From NCBI GenBank assembly GCA_965216635.1, contig OZ244188.1, positions 1,568,001-1,632,000 on the forward strand: DNA of 64,000 bases, read 5' to 3'. Source of the stretch: a bacterium. GTDB taxonomy: Bacteria; SAR324; XYD2-FULL-50-16; G965216635. Below are positions 17,927 to 27,247 of the stretch, one piece after another. The number at the start of each line of letters is the position of its first letter. Position 1 is the stretch's first letter. The notes under the pieces are model-generated. The model saw nothing but the letters and a program-made list of their open reading frames with translations. It was not told the DNA's origin and searched no databases. A program made the translations under genes and the position numbers.

Positions 17927-18271
17927 CTACTCTAGTTTTTTTCGTTTTCCCTTTGCCGTAGTCGGAGAATAATTTTTTGCGAGATAATCCAAAATCACAG
18001 GTTCAAAATCTCCCAACTGCCACAAACCCTGTTCTTCTTGCATCCAGCGAATAGTCTCCACCCAGACTTTCCTAGTTAATCTGTTTTGAATGACTAGCCT
18101 TGAAGAATGACAACCTGTACAGTTAGCTCTCACAATTTCCCAACCTTTATCTATAACAAAACCTGTAGCTGTATCCTTTTTTTGTTCTTCTGCAAAGAGA
18201 TAAAAAAAGGATGTCCAGAAAAAAAATAAAAAACAAAAAAACAAGTATAAAAAAATAGTATTTTTTTGCAT
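17927..18271 (-). CDS. Monoheme cytochrome c, SorB-like partner
   Basis: CTGCH, W..TIRWMQ, YLAKNY; N-terminal signal/TM; adjacent to sorA. Confidence 0.85.
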   Translation of the reverse strand: MQKNTIFLYLFFCFLFFFWTSFFYLFAEEQKKDTATGFVIDKGWEIVRANCTGCHSSRLVIQNRLTRKVWVETIRWMQEEQGLWQLGDFEPVILDYLAKNYSPTTAKGKRKKLE

Positions 18272-18479
18272 CTTTTAAAAGAAGTAAGACTCAAGACTCA
18301 AAACTCAAAAGTTTTTTATGAATATTCGCACTCCGTCTTACCAAGCTAAAGTAAAATAGCTTGCTTTTTTGGTGTAGACTTTGTGTTTTTTTTGGGGCAA
18401 GAGCGCCAAAAGACACCCTTGCCATTAGATACTCACTAAACCTTCTCTAAACAGAACGCTAGTCTTTTAATTGGTGCGA

Positions 18480-19787
18480 TTAAGAAACACGCACAGCAAC
18501 CCTATGGGAAGAATTATTGAGATAGCCTTTAGGATTCCAACCAGGTAATACCATAGGCTGTGCAACTCCTGCATTATCTACAGCCCTAGCCCAAATTTCA
18601 TAATATCCTTTTTGCGGAAATTTAAAACTAGAACTCCATTGTTGCCAAGCCAATCTATTTTTTGGTTTTTGGAGTTTTGCTTTTTGCCAAGTCTGGCCGA
18701 AATCCATAGAAACAAGCATCTTAGATACTTTTCTATCTCCCGCCCAAGCCTGTCCATTGAAGTTTAGTTTTTCACCCAAGCTGTGTTGAATACCAGACTT
18801 TGGATAAGTAATCAACGATTTTACGGGCATAGACTCAATAATGCACATATCTTTATTGTCCACTTTTGTGCCAGGAGCTACCGGAAAACAAGGTAGGCGA
18901 TAAGCCTTTCCTGTCATTTTCGGTCCATCGTGCACCTTATCACGAATGGCAATTCGTTTCAACCATTTACCAGAAGTAGAACCGGGCCAACCTCCAAAAA
19001 CTAACCTAAGAGGATAGCCATTCATTGGATGTAGTGGTTTACCGTTCATACCCCAAGCTACCATAGATTCATTTTCTAAAGCCTTGAGGATAGGCACTCC
19101 GCGAGAAATAGGTAATTTACCGGGTACACCACTAAGATGTCTATCCGCACCAAAATAAGCAATATAAACAGCATCGCTTTTCACACCAGAAGCTTTTAGA
19201 ATGTCTTTTAGTCTGACTCCATTCCAAACAGGAGATCCCACAGCCCCTAAAGTCCACTGGTTGCCTTTGGCTGGAGGATCAAATTCGCTACGACCATTTC
19301 CTCCGCATTCTAAAGCAAGCTGCAAATCTACATTTTTGAACTTTGTTTTCAAATCTTGAATGCTATAACTTTGAGACTGCTCTGCAGATTCTCCATCTAT
19401 GGTTAAAGACCATTTATCTGCAGCTGGATTCTTAGGTGGAATACCATTGTTGCGGATAAAAAGCCTTTCTACAGGAGTTATAGCATCGTTTAAAAGATGA
19501 GGAGGAGTCTCTGCATTCAAAGGTCTGTCGTTTAAAACAGTCAGTCCATCTTTGCCTTCTATCTTAAAATCACTCAAAGTATTAGCAAAAACCGCAGGTA
19601 TAAGTCCAGCGGGCATAAACTGATGAAAAACAACATAGCCTCCGACTAAAGAAGACATTTTTCCTAATCCTTTAAAAAAACCACGCCGAGTTACCGGATT
19701 AGCAACCCTACCAAACACTTCCCAATCTGCTTGAATTGGGTCTTGTTGGACAAACTCGTGTAGTCCTTTTTCTTTTATACTTTTCAT
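18480..19787 (-). CDS. sorA: Periplasmic sulfite oxidase-family molybdoenzyme (SorA-like sulfite dehydrogenase)
   Basis: Tat motif TRRGFFK, FIRNNG, ECGGNGR, GYPLRL, KWL, dimerisation domain. Confidence 0.88.
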   Translation of the reverse strand: MKSIKEKGLHEFVQQDPIQADWEVFGRVANPVTRRGFFKGLGKMSSLVGGYVVFHQFMPAGLIPAVFANTLSDFKIEGKDGLTVLNDRPLNAETPPHLLNDAITPVERLFIRNNGIPPKNPAADKWSLTIDGESAEQSQSYSIQDLKTKFKNVDLQLALECGGNGRSEFDPPAKGNQWTLGAVGSPVWNGVRLKDILKASGVKSDAVYIAYFGADRHLSGVPGKLPISRGVPILKALENESMVAWGMNGKPLHPMNGYPLRLVFGGWPGSTSGKWLKRIAIRDKVHDGPKMTGKAYRLPCFPVAPGTKVDNKDMCIIESMPVKSLITYPKSGIQHSLGEKLNFNGQAWAGDRKVSKMLVSMDFGQTWQKAKLQKPKNRLAWQQWSSSFKFPQKGYYEIWARAVDNAGVAQPMVLPGWNPKGYLNNSSHRVAVRVS

Positions 19788-19967
19788 TTTATTCTCCTAA
19801 TTGAGGTTTTTAACAAAAAAACATTTAAAAACTACAATAATTTTTAAAAAATAGCAATATTTTTAATAGGCTGTAAAAGAAAAATAGCAATATTTTTAAA
19901 AAAAGGGTTTTGTTTTTATTGAACTACTAGAAATCTTTGAATTAGTGTTATGTGACGCTAGACAGGT

Positions 19968-20001
19968 AAAAAAAAAGAGGCAATTCATCGCCTCTTTTTT
20001 T
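19968..20001. terminator. Bidirectional intrinsic terminator
   Basis: A-run, gaggc-aattcatc-gcctc, T-run; downstream of the minus-strand OMP gene. Confidence 0.7.
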
Positions 20002-20039
20002 ATTTTCTTAAAAAAGCACCTCCCCACCCTCCCCCAATA

Positions 20040-20100
20040 AAACCAACAGGCAAACCAACAGGCAAACCAATAGGCAAACTAATAGGCAAACTAACAGGCA
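20040..20100. repeat. 12-bp tandem repeat AAACCAACAGGC, 5 copies
   Basis: Read directly. Confidence 0.9.
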
Positions 20101-20115
20101 GGAGTGTTTTTACTT

Positions 20116-21324
20116 CTACCTAAAGCGGTAAACGAAGCGAATAAAAAGGGAGGCTGGTGTTTCTACTTCTATCGTTGTTTTTGTAGGCACTGTTGTTATT
20201 GATGTTTCCGATAGTCCTCCACTGTAAGTTGCAGTTACTTTTCCTGTTACTAGTACTCTTCTATCTTCATCACTAAAGGTGGTGTGTTGGTTATTATTTC
20301 TATCGTCTAAAAAACCAAGTGAAGCAATATTGCTAATTGGCTTAAATATAATACCTCCCACCAATACAGAGGAGGACATAGGACTCGGCACTGCCGGTGC
20401 TACTGAGGTTCTTGTTGGCACTGGTGCCGCATTGGTCTGTTTTATAGAGAGTTTTGTCCCCACCCAGAGCAGTCCCGCTTCTATGGAAAAGTTTTTGCTA
20501 AAATTTCGCTTATAGCCAAAATGAACAACGGGGGCTATTTTTGAATCCGAGCCTAGCGAAGTTTCTAGCTTGGTTTGGGCTAAACCTGCTCCTGCATAAA
20601 GCCCGTAGAGTAGGAAGTAATCCAGCAGTACAATTTGACTGTTCAGTTTATCGTCTCCTGCACTCCATTGGTGTAGGCTCAAAGAAAGGCGAAACTTTTC
20701 AAAGTCGTAACCTAGTTGCAATCCATTACCGCTTAAACTGGTATTTTTGTTGCTAACGGAATGCGATAGAGCAGAACCTACAACTGTTCCTGTTAAAAAT
20801 TCACTAAAAGAGGCTGCAAGCCTTTGGAAGTGGTTGAAACAGGAATAGATCTTTCCGTTTTTAGCGGGTGGCATTGAATTAGAAGTAGCGTCAAACTGGT
20901 GATTCCCGTAGCTCCTAACATCGGTTTTGCCATCATAGATACCATCTTCACAAATATCCACTACAGCAGCTATTGCCGTTGCGTCGTAATTGGAACTGTG
21001 CTTCAAAACACCCCTAGTGATAATAACCTCTGCGCCCGGTGTTGCGTCCAATGATACATTATTGGGGATACTCGTAGCAAATGTTATGCTCGTAGAATCC
21101 AATGTTCTGGTGTCTGTTACTATTTCTGTAAGAGTGGCGTTTTCTGTGGTGGTCTTTATTTTAGCACCTAGATAAAAGGGACTAACCCCGATAGACCAAC
21201 CTTGTTGTCTTTCTTGTGCTTTTAGGCTACCCGTCCCTGCATAAAAAGAGAAGAGCAAGCACGAAAGCAAAGATAAAATTGCCAATGTTATTTTGTTTAA
21301 TTTCATAATTTTTTGAGGTTTCAT
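20116..21324 (-). CDS. Predicted outer-membrane beta-barrel protein with two large inserts (paralog A)
   Basis: Signal peptide, AQERQQGWSIGVSPF, amphipathic strands, C-terminal FIRFVYRFR. Confidence 0.75.
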   Translation of the reverse strand: MKPQKIMKLNKITLAILSLLSCLLFSFYAGTGSLKAQERQQGWSIGVSPFYLGAKIKTTTENATLTEIVTDTRTLDSTSITFATSIPNNVSLDATPGAEVIITRGVLKHSSNYDATAIAAVVDICEDGIYDGKTDVRSYGNHQFDATSNSMPPAKNGKIYSCFNHFQRLAASFSEFLTGTVVGSALSHSVSNKNTSLSGNGLQLGYDFEKFRLSLSLHQWSAGDDKLNSQIVLLDYFLLYGLYAGAGLAQTKLETSLGSDSKIAPVVHFGYKRNFSKNFSIEAGLLWVGTKLSIKQTNAAPVPTRTSVAPAVPSPMSSSVLVGGIIFKPISNIASLGFLDDRNNNQHTTFSDEDRRVLVTGKVTATYSGGLSETSITTVPTKTTIEVETPASLFIRFVYRFR

Positions 21325-21509
21325 AATTTTTTATAGTTGATTTGGGTTTAAAAATAAAGGTAAATCCATCCTCCGCTCCCAAGGGAATAGTTAAAAAACA
21401 TTTCTGTCAATAAAAAAAACAACTATTTCTTAACTTTGATTTTTTAAAAGCAAAATTCTCTTAATAATTAAGGTTACCTTACAAAAATTTTTTTGTAAAA
21501 TAAACGCCT

Positions 21510-22538
21510 CTAAAAAAGGCTTTTACCCTTAGATTTTAAGTCTTCACAAGCCTGCATTACTCTTTGGGACATATTTTTTTCAGCTAACTTGAGGTAACTT
21601 CTGGGGTCGTAAAATTTTTTATTGCCCACTTCGTTATCAATTTTTAAAACTTTATCATAGTTTTTAAACATATGTTCTGCAATAGGACGGGTATAGGCGT
21701 ATTGAGTATCAGTATCTACATTCATTTTGATAACACCATAATCTAGAGTTTCGTGAATTTCTACTTGAGAAGAACCAGAACCTCCGTGAAAAACTAAATC
21801 CATTTTTGCCGCCTCTCCATATTTTTGCAGGACCAATTCCTGTCCGCTTTTTAAAATTTTAGGACTGAGTTTTACATTACCGGGTTTATAAACTCCGTGA
21901 ACATTGCCAAAGGTTGCTGCCAGAATATATCTGCCGTCTGTTATATCTTTCATTTCTTCATAAACATAAAGCATTTCTTCGGGCGAGGTGTATAACTTCT
22001 CCGCTGGAGTGTCTTCGTTATTGATACCGTCTTCTTCTCCACCCACAACTCCTATTTCTAATTCTAGCATCATCTCCAGTGAGGCTAGCTCAGAAAAATA
22101 TTCTTTGGATAGTTTAATGTTTTCTTGCAAGGGCAACTCAGAGCCATCAAACATATGCGAGCTAAAAAGATTGGGCATTCCTTTACTTCTCCTTTCTTTT
22201 GTCCACTCCATTAAAGGACGCACAAAGCTATCCCATTTTTTCGGCACACAGTGGTCTGTATGCAGAATAATAAATACATTGTATTTTTCTGCTAATAAAT
22301 GGATATGTTCAGCGATGGCTCTAGCTCCCCAAGCCATATCCTTTATCCCCAGACCTGATGCAAATTCTCCCGCCCCTGTAGAAAGCTGAATAAACCCATC
22401 GCTTTGGGCTTCTGCAAAACCCTGCATAGCAGCATTGGCTGTGAGCGCAGAGGAAACATTGATAGCAGGCAAAGCGTAATTTCTGGCTTTAGCGCTATCT
22501 AAAATCTTACAATACTGTTGATGATTGACTACTGGCAT
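21510..22538 (-). CDS. fbaA: Fructose-bisphosphate aldolase class II
   Basis: LHTDHC, SSHMFDGS, GGEEDG, FGNVHGVY, VFHGGSG. Confidence 0.97.
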   Translation of the reverse strand: MPVVNHQQYCKILDSAKARNYALPAINVSSALTANAAMQGFAEAQSDGFIQLSTGAGEFASGLGIKDMAWGARAIAEHIHLLAEKYNVFIILHTDHCVPKKWDSFVRPLMEWTKERRSKGMPNLFSSHMFDGSELPLQENIKLSKEYFSELASLEMMLELEIGVVGGEEDGINNEDTPAEKLYTSPEEMLYVYEEMKDITDGRYILAATFGNVHGVYKPGNVKLSPKILKSGQELVLQKYGEAAKMDLVFHGGSGSSQVEIHETLDYGVIKMNVDTDTQYAYTRPIAEHMFKNYDKVLKIDNEVGNKKFYDPRSYLKLAEKNMSQRVMQACEDLKSKGKSLF

Positions 22539-22772
22539 TGTTGTTAATTTGTTTGTTAGAATATAAAAAATTTAATACTAAATCCTATCTATATAAATTT
22601 CAACTAAACTACAAAACTTTTTTTAAATTTTTTTTTACAAAATTTTCTTTTTTTCCGCACAAGTGCTAAAGTTTGGAAAATGAGAAGTAGAATTTTTTTA
22701 TAATTGTAAAAATTTAGTTTTCTCTTAGAATACTAGAGGTTCTAAAAATTAGAAAAACAACATTTTTTTATT

Positions 22773-24344
22773 ATGGAAGATTTATTACAAATACAAGAGA
22801 GAGTTCAATTTGCTATTCGCAATGGAGAAAGCCACTACCGTGAGTTTAAGTCTGCTTTTCAAGGAGAAGAGGGCAAAAAAGTCCCTCGTCAATTAAAAGA
22901 GTTGTGTAGGGATATTGCAAAAACTCTGACAGCTTTTGGTAATGCAGATGGAGGTGAACTTTTTGTAGGTATAGAAGACAATGGAGAAATTTCTGGATTA
23001 TCTTATAACAAAAAGCAAATAGATTATTTGGTTTTTAAGTCTTACAAAGAGTATATTCATAAAGATACCCCTCTTACTTTAAGAAAAGCTGTAGTTGTGG
23101 ATTTTGAAGAAAAAAAAACAGCCTATTTTTCAGTAGCTAAAGGACGCAAGTATATCTATCAAACTTCAGAAGGAAAATGTTTTCAAAGAATAGATACAGA
23201 TTCTATGCCTACATCTTTTCGTAGTATTCATTTTGAACAACTAGAAGCAAATTCTATAGCCTACGACAATCGGTTTTTTGAATTAGCTAAAATATCTGAC
23301 CTTGAACATAATTTAGTAAAAAATGTTGCGAATAGTATTTTAGATATTCCAAAAATAGAAAAACTTTTGCAGTATTTAGAATTAGCAGAATTCAATGGAG
23401 AAAATTTGGTGTTGAGAAACGCTGCTTTGCTCCTCTTTGCAAAGAAAATTCGTAGATGGCATCCTCATTGTGAGATAAGAGTTTTTAAAGTAAAAGGTAC
23501 AATAGAAGGGACTGGAAAAAATTTTAATGTAGAAGAACTGGCTGGAATAGAAGGCAATATTTTCACTCTATTAGAAGAGGGGTGGGGGAAAATTAAATCC
23601 TATCTGTTGGAAACTAAATTTTCCAAAGACGCTACTTTTAGAAAAAGAGTTATCTATCCTGAAGCAGCCTGTCAAGAAGCTATTTATAATGCTATTATTC
23701 ACCGAGATTATAATATAGCAGGTAGAGGGATTGAGGTGAAAATTTTTGACGATAGGTTGGAAGTGATTAGCCCTGGCAATCTTCTCTCCACTTTAAAAAT
23801 AGAAGATTTAGGCAAAGGAGCTCATCAAAGTAGAAATAGTTATGTTGGTAAAATTTTAAGAGAGTCGGGATACATCCGTAAAAAAGGAGAAGGGATTCAA
23901 AGAATGTTTGAGCAGATGGAAAATTCTGACTTACAACCGCCTAAATTTGCTTCTTTCAACAGCACTTTTGTGGTCACTCTTTTTAATAAGCAGGTCTATA
24001 GCGAAGCAGAAAAGGAATGGTTAGAAGAATTTACAGAATTAGAATTAAACAAAAAACAACAAGCGATAGTTAGATTGGGTCTAGATAGCCGTCCTTTAAG
24101 CACAAAAGAAATTAGAGAATTTGCTAAAATTGTAGATACTCATAAGTTTAATAAGCTCATACAAGGATTAGATAGACTAGGTGTGCTAGAAAGACTTATG
24201 ATTCAATCAGACGCACATAGTTTTGCTAAAAAACAAAAAATAAACAAAAATGAGGTTAAAAGATTCAAAATTGTTCCTCCTAAAATCACTAAACTAGGCA
24301 AAGAAAAAAGAGTAAAATCTCAAGTAGAAAAAGCTATGATATAG
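22773..24344 (+). CDS. AlbA_2 (Schlafen-like) + HATPase_c_4 + wHTH protein; C-terminal RRM detached by a MITE
   Basis: GESHYREFKS, AFGNADGG.LFVGIED, EAIYNAIIHRDY, SPG, SRN. Confidence 0.85.
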   Translation: MEDLLQIQERVQFAIRNGESHYREFKSAFQGEEGKKVPRQLKELCRDIAKTLTAFGNADGGELFVGIEDNGEISGLSYNKKQIDYLVFKSYKEYIHKDTPLTLRKAVVVDFEEKKTAYFSVAKGRKYIYQTSEGKCFQRIDTDSMPTSFRSIHFEQLEANSIAYDNRFFELAKISDLEHNLVKNVANSILDIPKIEKLLQYLELAEFNGENLVLRNAALLLFAKKIRRWHPHCEIRVFKVKGTIEGTGKNFNVEELAGIEGNIFTLLEEGWGKIKSYLLETKFSKDATFRKRVIYPEAACQEAIYNAIIHRDYNIAGRGIEVKIFDDRLEVISPGNLLSTLKIEDLGKGAHQSRNSYVGKILRESGYIRKKGEGIQRMFEQMENSDLQPPKFASFNSTFVVTLFNKQVYSEAEKEWLEEFTELELNKKQQAIVRLGLDSRPLSTKEIREFAKIVDTHKFNKLIQGLDRLGVLERLMIQSDAHSFAKKQKINKNEVKRFKIVPPKITKLGKEKRVKSQVEKAMI

Positions 24345-24507
24345 ACCTTTGAATTTCGCTGATGCTTATCCCACTATTGGGGCTAGCCAAATGGTTAGAA
24401 CAGGTGTGAAAATTTTTTTTAGCTCGCTGGAATACTGAAGTATTTCAAGAGTTAAAAAAAATTTTCAACGCTGTATAGTCTAAACAGAATGCAAATTCAA
24501 AAGTCTA
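24342..24507 (+). mobile_element. Complete palindromic MITE (166 bp), TSD TGATA
   Basis: TIR tagacctttgaattt / aaattcaaaagtcta; tgata on both flanks. Confidence 0.92.
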
Positions 24508-24743
24508 TGATATATATTGCCAATTTGAGCGATAGGACTACAGAGCTAGATTTAAGAAAATTTTTTGAGAATTATGGAAAAGTAAAAAATATTACTATAC
24601 CAAAAAATCAAGAAACAGAGCAAATGCGTGGTTTTGCTTATGTAGAGTTTGAAAAAGTGACAGTGGCAGAAATAGCGTTGCGAGATACGGGGCGCCCTTT
24701 CTTAAAAGATAGGAGAATTTTTGTCCAAAAATATAAATTTTAG
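24489..24743 (+). CDS. RRM RNA-binding domain (former C-terminus of the 22773 gene)
   Basis: RNP2 IYIANL, RNP1 RGFAYVEF. Confidence 0.85.
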   Translation: MQIQKSMIYIANLSDRTTELDLRKFFENYGKVKNITIPKNQETEQMRGFAYVEFEKVTVAEIALRDTGRPFLKDRRIFVQKYKF

Positions 24744-24745
24744 AA

Positions 24746-25660
24746 ATGAAAAAAGATTTTTCTAAAACTATAGGTTTATTCACTCCTTCGTCTGCTATAA
24801 CTACCCAAGAATGGAAATTGTGTTTAGATTTTTTTAAAAAAAAAATTCGTGTAAAATATTCTCCTTTAATCACAGCAAAGAATGAATTTTTTGCGGGTAC
24901 TCCAAAACAAAAGTTCGCTCAAATCAAGGAGATTTTGCCTACCAAACATCTTTTGGCAGTGCGTGGGGGGAGTAGTTCGGTGCATTTGCTGATTTTATTA
25001 GATAAAATAAATGAGAATAAAATCAAAGATAGTTGTTTTATCGGTTTTAGTGATGTTTCTATTTTGTTGAATTACGCAGCCGCAGTAGGCGGCATTGCTA
25101 TCCATACGCATGTTGCTAATACACTACGGCAAGCTAGTTTTAAGGAGCAAAAACTTTTTTTTTCTCGCCTCCAAGGTGACTGGAGCGGAAATTTGGCAGG
25201 CGAAAATCAAAAACAGCTTATATGTCTTCAGTGCGGACAAGCAGAAGGAATTTTAATGGGAGGTAATTTGACTTCTTTAGTCAGTTTAGTGGGTAGCAAG
25301 TGGCAAGTGAATTTTGCTAATAAAATTCTTTTTTTAGAAGATACAAACGAAGCCTATTACTCTGTAGAAAGACTTTTTTCTCAACTTTACTACGCGGGAA
25401 GTTTGGCGAAAATCAAAGGATTGGTTTTAGGACATTTTTTGTATGCCTCCCAAAAAAAACAAGAACAAAAACAAAAAAAACTAAACCCTCAAAAAATTTT
25501 AGCATTGGTAAAAAATCTACTGCCTCCAAAAACACCTATTTTGGCAAATTTTCCAGCAGGACACGGATCGCAAAATGCACCGCTACCTATCGGAGCAGAA
25601 GTTTTCTTAGATGCTAAAAAAAAAGAATTTATTGCTATAGACAAAAAACTAAAATGTTAA
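24746..25660 (+). CDS. ldcA: LD-carboxypeptidase (S66)
   Basis: RGG, GFSD, GGNL, LFLED, GHG. Confidence 0.9.
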   Translation: MKKDFSKTIGLFTPSSAITTQEWKLCLDFFKKKIRVKYSPLITAKNEFFAGTPKQKFAQIKEILPTKHLLAVRGGSSSVHLLILLDKINENKIKDSCFIGFSDVSILLNYAAAVGGIAIHTHVANTLRQASFKEQKLFFSRLQGDWSGNLAGENQKQLICLQCGQAEGILMGGNLTSLVSLVGSKWQVNFANKILFLEDTNEAYYSVERLFSQLYYAGSLAKIKGLVLGHFLYASQKKQEQKQKKLNPQKILALVKNLLPPKTPILANFPAGHGSQNAPLPIGAEVFLDAKKKEFIAIDKKLKC

Positions 25661-26814
25661 AAACAGTTAAAATCAAGAAAAAAAAATATCACCTATTGGG
25701 CACAGCCCATATTTCACATCAAAGTGTAGATGAGGTTTCAAAATACGTCACAGAAATCAAACCTGATGCAGTCTGTATAGAGATTTGTGAGACGCGTTAT
25801 AAAAATCTATCCGATGGTAACCGCTGGCGAGAAATGGATATTATCAAGGTTATCAAGGAAAAAAAAAGTGGACTCTTGCTGGCTAGTTTGTTACTTTCTG
25901 CTTTTCAAAGAAAAATGGGAAAACAACTCGGTATTCAACCAGGGGCAGAAATGATGAAGGCGGTAGAAATTTGTAAAGAAAAAAAAATCCCTTTCTTTTT
26001 AATAGACAGAGAAGTCAACATTACCATTCAAAGAACTTGGAATAGTCTCTCTTTTTGGGAAAAATCTAAACTAATGGGACAACTTTTCGCAAGCGTTATT
26101 TTTACTCCCAAAATAGACGAAGAGGAAATAGAAAAAATGAAAAAAAAAGACTTGCTGAACGGAATGATAGAAGAACTTGCTCGGAATTTTCCTAAAGTAA
26201 AACAGATTTTAATTGACGAGAGAGACCAATATCTTGCAGCAAAAATGGCTGGGGTGGAAGGGGAAAATATTTTAGCAGTTATTGGTATAGGACACCAAGC
26301 TGGGATGAAAAACACATTGAAAACTGGTGTAGAAAATGTTAACTTTAGCGAACTAGAAAGAATTCCGCCAAAAAAAAAATGGCTCGCAAAAATATTCCAA
26401 TGGGGCGTTCCTCTTTTGATATTAGGAATTTTTATCTATGGTTTTTTAAACTTAGATAGCTCTACTAGTCTACAGTTAGTTTGGAGTTGGGTGCTTGTCA
26501 ATAGTATCCCTGCTTTTTTTGGAGCTTGGATTGCCAACGGTCACTGGTGGACTAGGATTTGCGCCTTAGTGGTGGCTCCTTTTACTTCCATCAATCCAGC
26601 ACTTGCTGCAGGCTGGGTTACTGGTTTTACAGAAGCCTTGATTCAAAAACCCAAAGTGCGAGATTTTGAAAATTTATCCGAAGAAGTTCTTACTTGGAAA
26701 GGTTTGCGAAACAACGCAGTTTCTAGAGTTTTGCTTGTTATTGCTTTAACCAATCTCGGAAGCTCTATTGGGACTTTTGTAGGTATTCCTCTTATTGCTT
26801 CTTTTCTTAACTAA
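25654..26814 (+). CDS. TraB/PrgY (pheromone shutdown) family protein
   Basis: GTAHIS, PGAEM, DR, ERD, VIGIGH plus C-terminal TMs. Confidence 0.92.
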   Translation: MLKTVKIKKKKYHLLGTAHISHQSVDEVSKYVTEIKPDAVCIEICETRYKNLSDGNRWREMDIIKVIKEKKSGLLLASLLLSAFQRKMGKQLGIQPGAEMMKAVEICKEKKIPFFLIDREVNITIQRTWNSLSFWEKSKLMGQLFASVIFTPKIDEEEIEKMKKKDLLNGMIEELARNFPKVKQILIDERDQYLAAKMAGVEGENILAVIGIGHQAGMKNTLKTGVENVNFSELERIPPKKKWLAKIFQWGVPLLILGIFIYGFLNLDSSTSLQLVWSWVLVNSIPAFFGAWIANGHWWTRICALVVAPFTSINPALAAGWVTGFTEALIQKPKVRDFENLSEEVLTWKGLRNNAVSRVLLVIALTNLGSSIGTFVGIPLIASFLN

Positions 26815-26823
26815 AAATTGTAA

Positions 26824-27226
26824 ATGATAACTATACCTATAGGTAGTGTAATTACGGCAACTGATAAAATTACAAATGAGGTGAGAACTAGAACGACCTT
26901 GTTTGAGTATAAAATACCAGAATCAAGGATTTTTCATATTTTTAATAGACTTTTTAATTTGCGTTATGTGACGGCTAGCCAAATGGTTAGAACAGGTGCG
27001 AAAAAAATTTTTAGCTCGTAGGAATACTGAAGTATTTCAAGAGTTAAAAATTTTTTTCAACGCTGCATAGGCTAAACAGAACGCAAATTCAAAGGTCTAT
27101 TTTAATAGGAGTGAAATTACAATAAATCCATTGCCTGATTTTGGGAAAAGTATTATACAAGGAATGAACTTAGATTATTTACAAATCACACTAGTCAAAC
27201 TAGTGGAAAATAAACAAAGTGAATAA
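26824..27226 (+). pseudogene. Small hypothetical gene (about 84 codons when restored) interrupted by a MITE
   Basis: Removing 26946-27105 restores the open frame ...RIFHIFNRSEITINPLPDFGK...ENKQSE*. Confidence 0.6.
26946..27099 (+). mobile_element. Complete palindromic MITE (154 bp), flanking TTTTAA duplication
   Basis: tagactttttaattt ... aaattcaaaggtcta. Confidence 0.92.
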
Positions 27227-27247
27227 TAAATGAATCTAAAAATTTAA

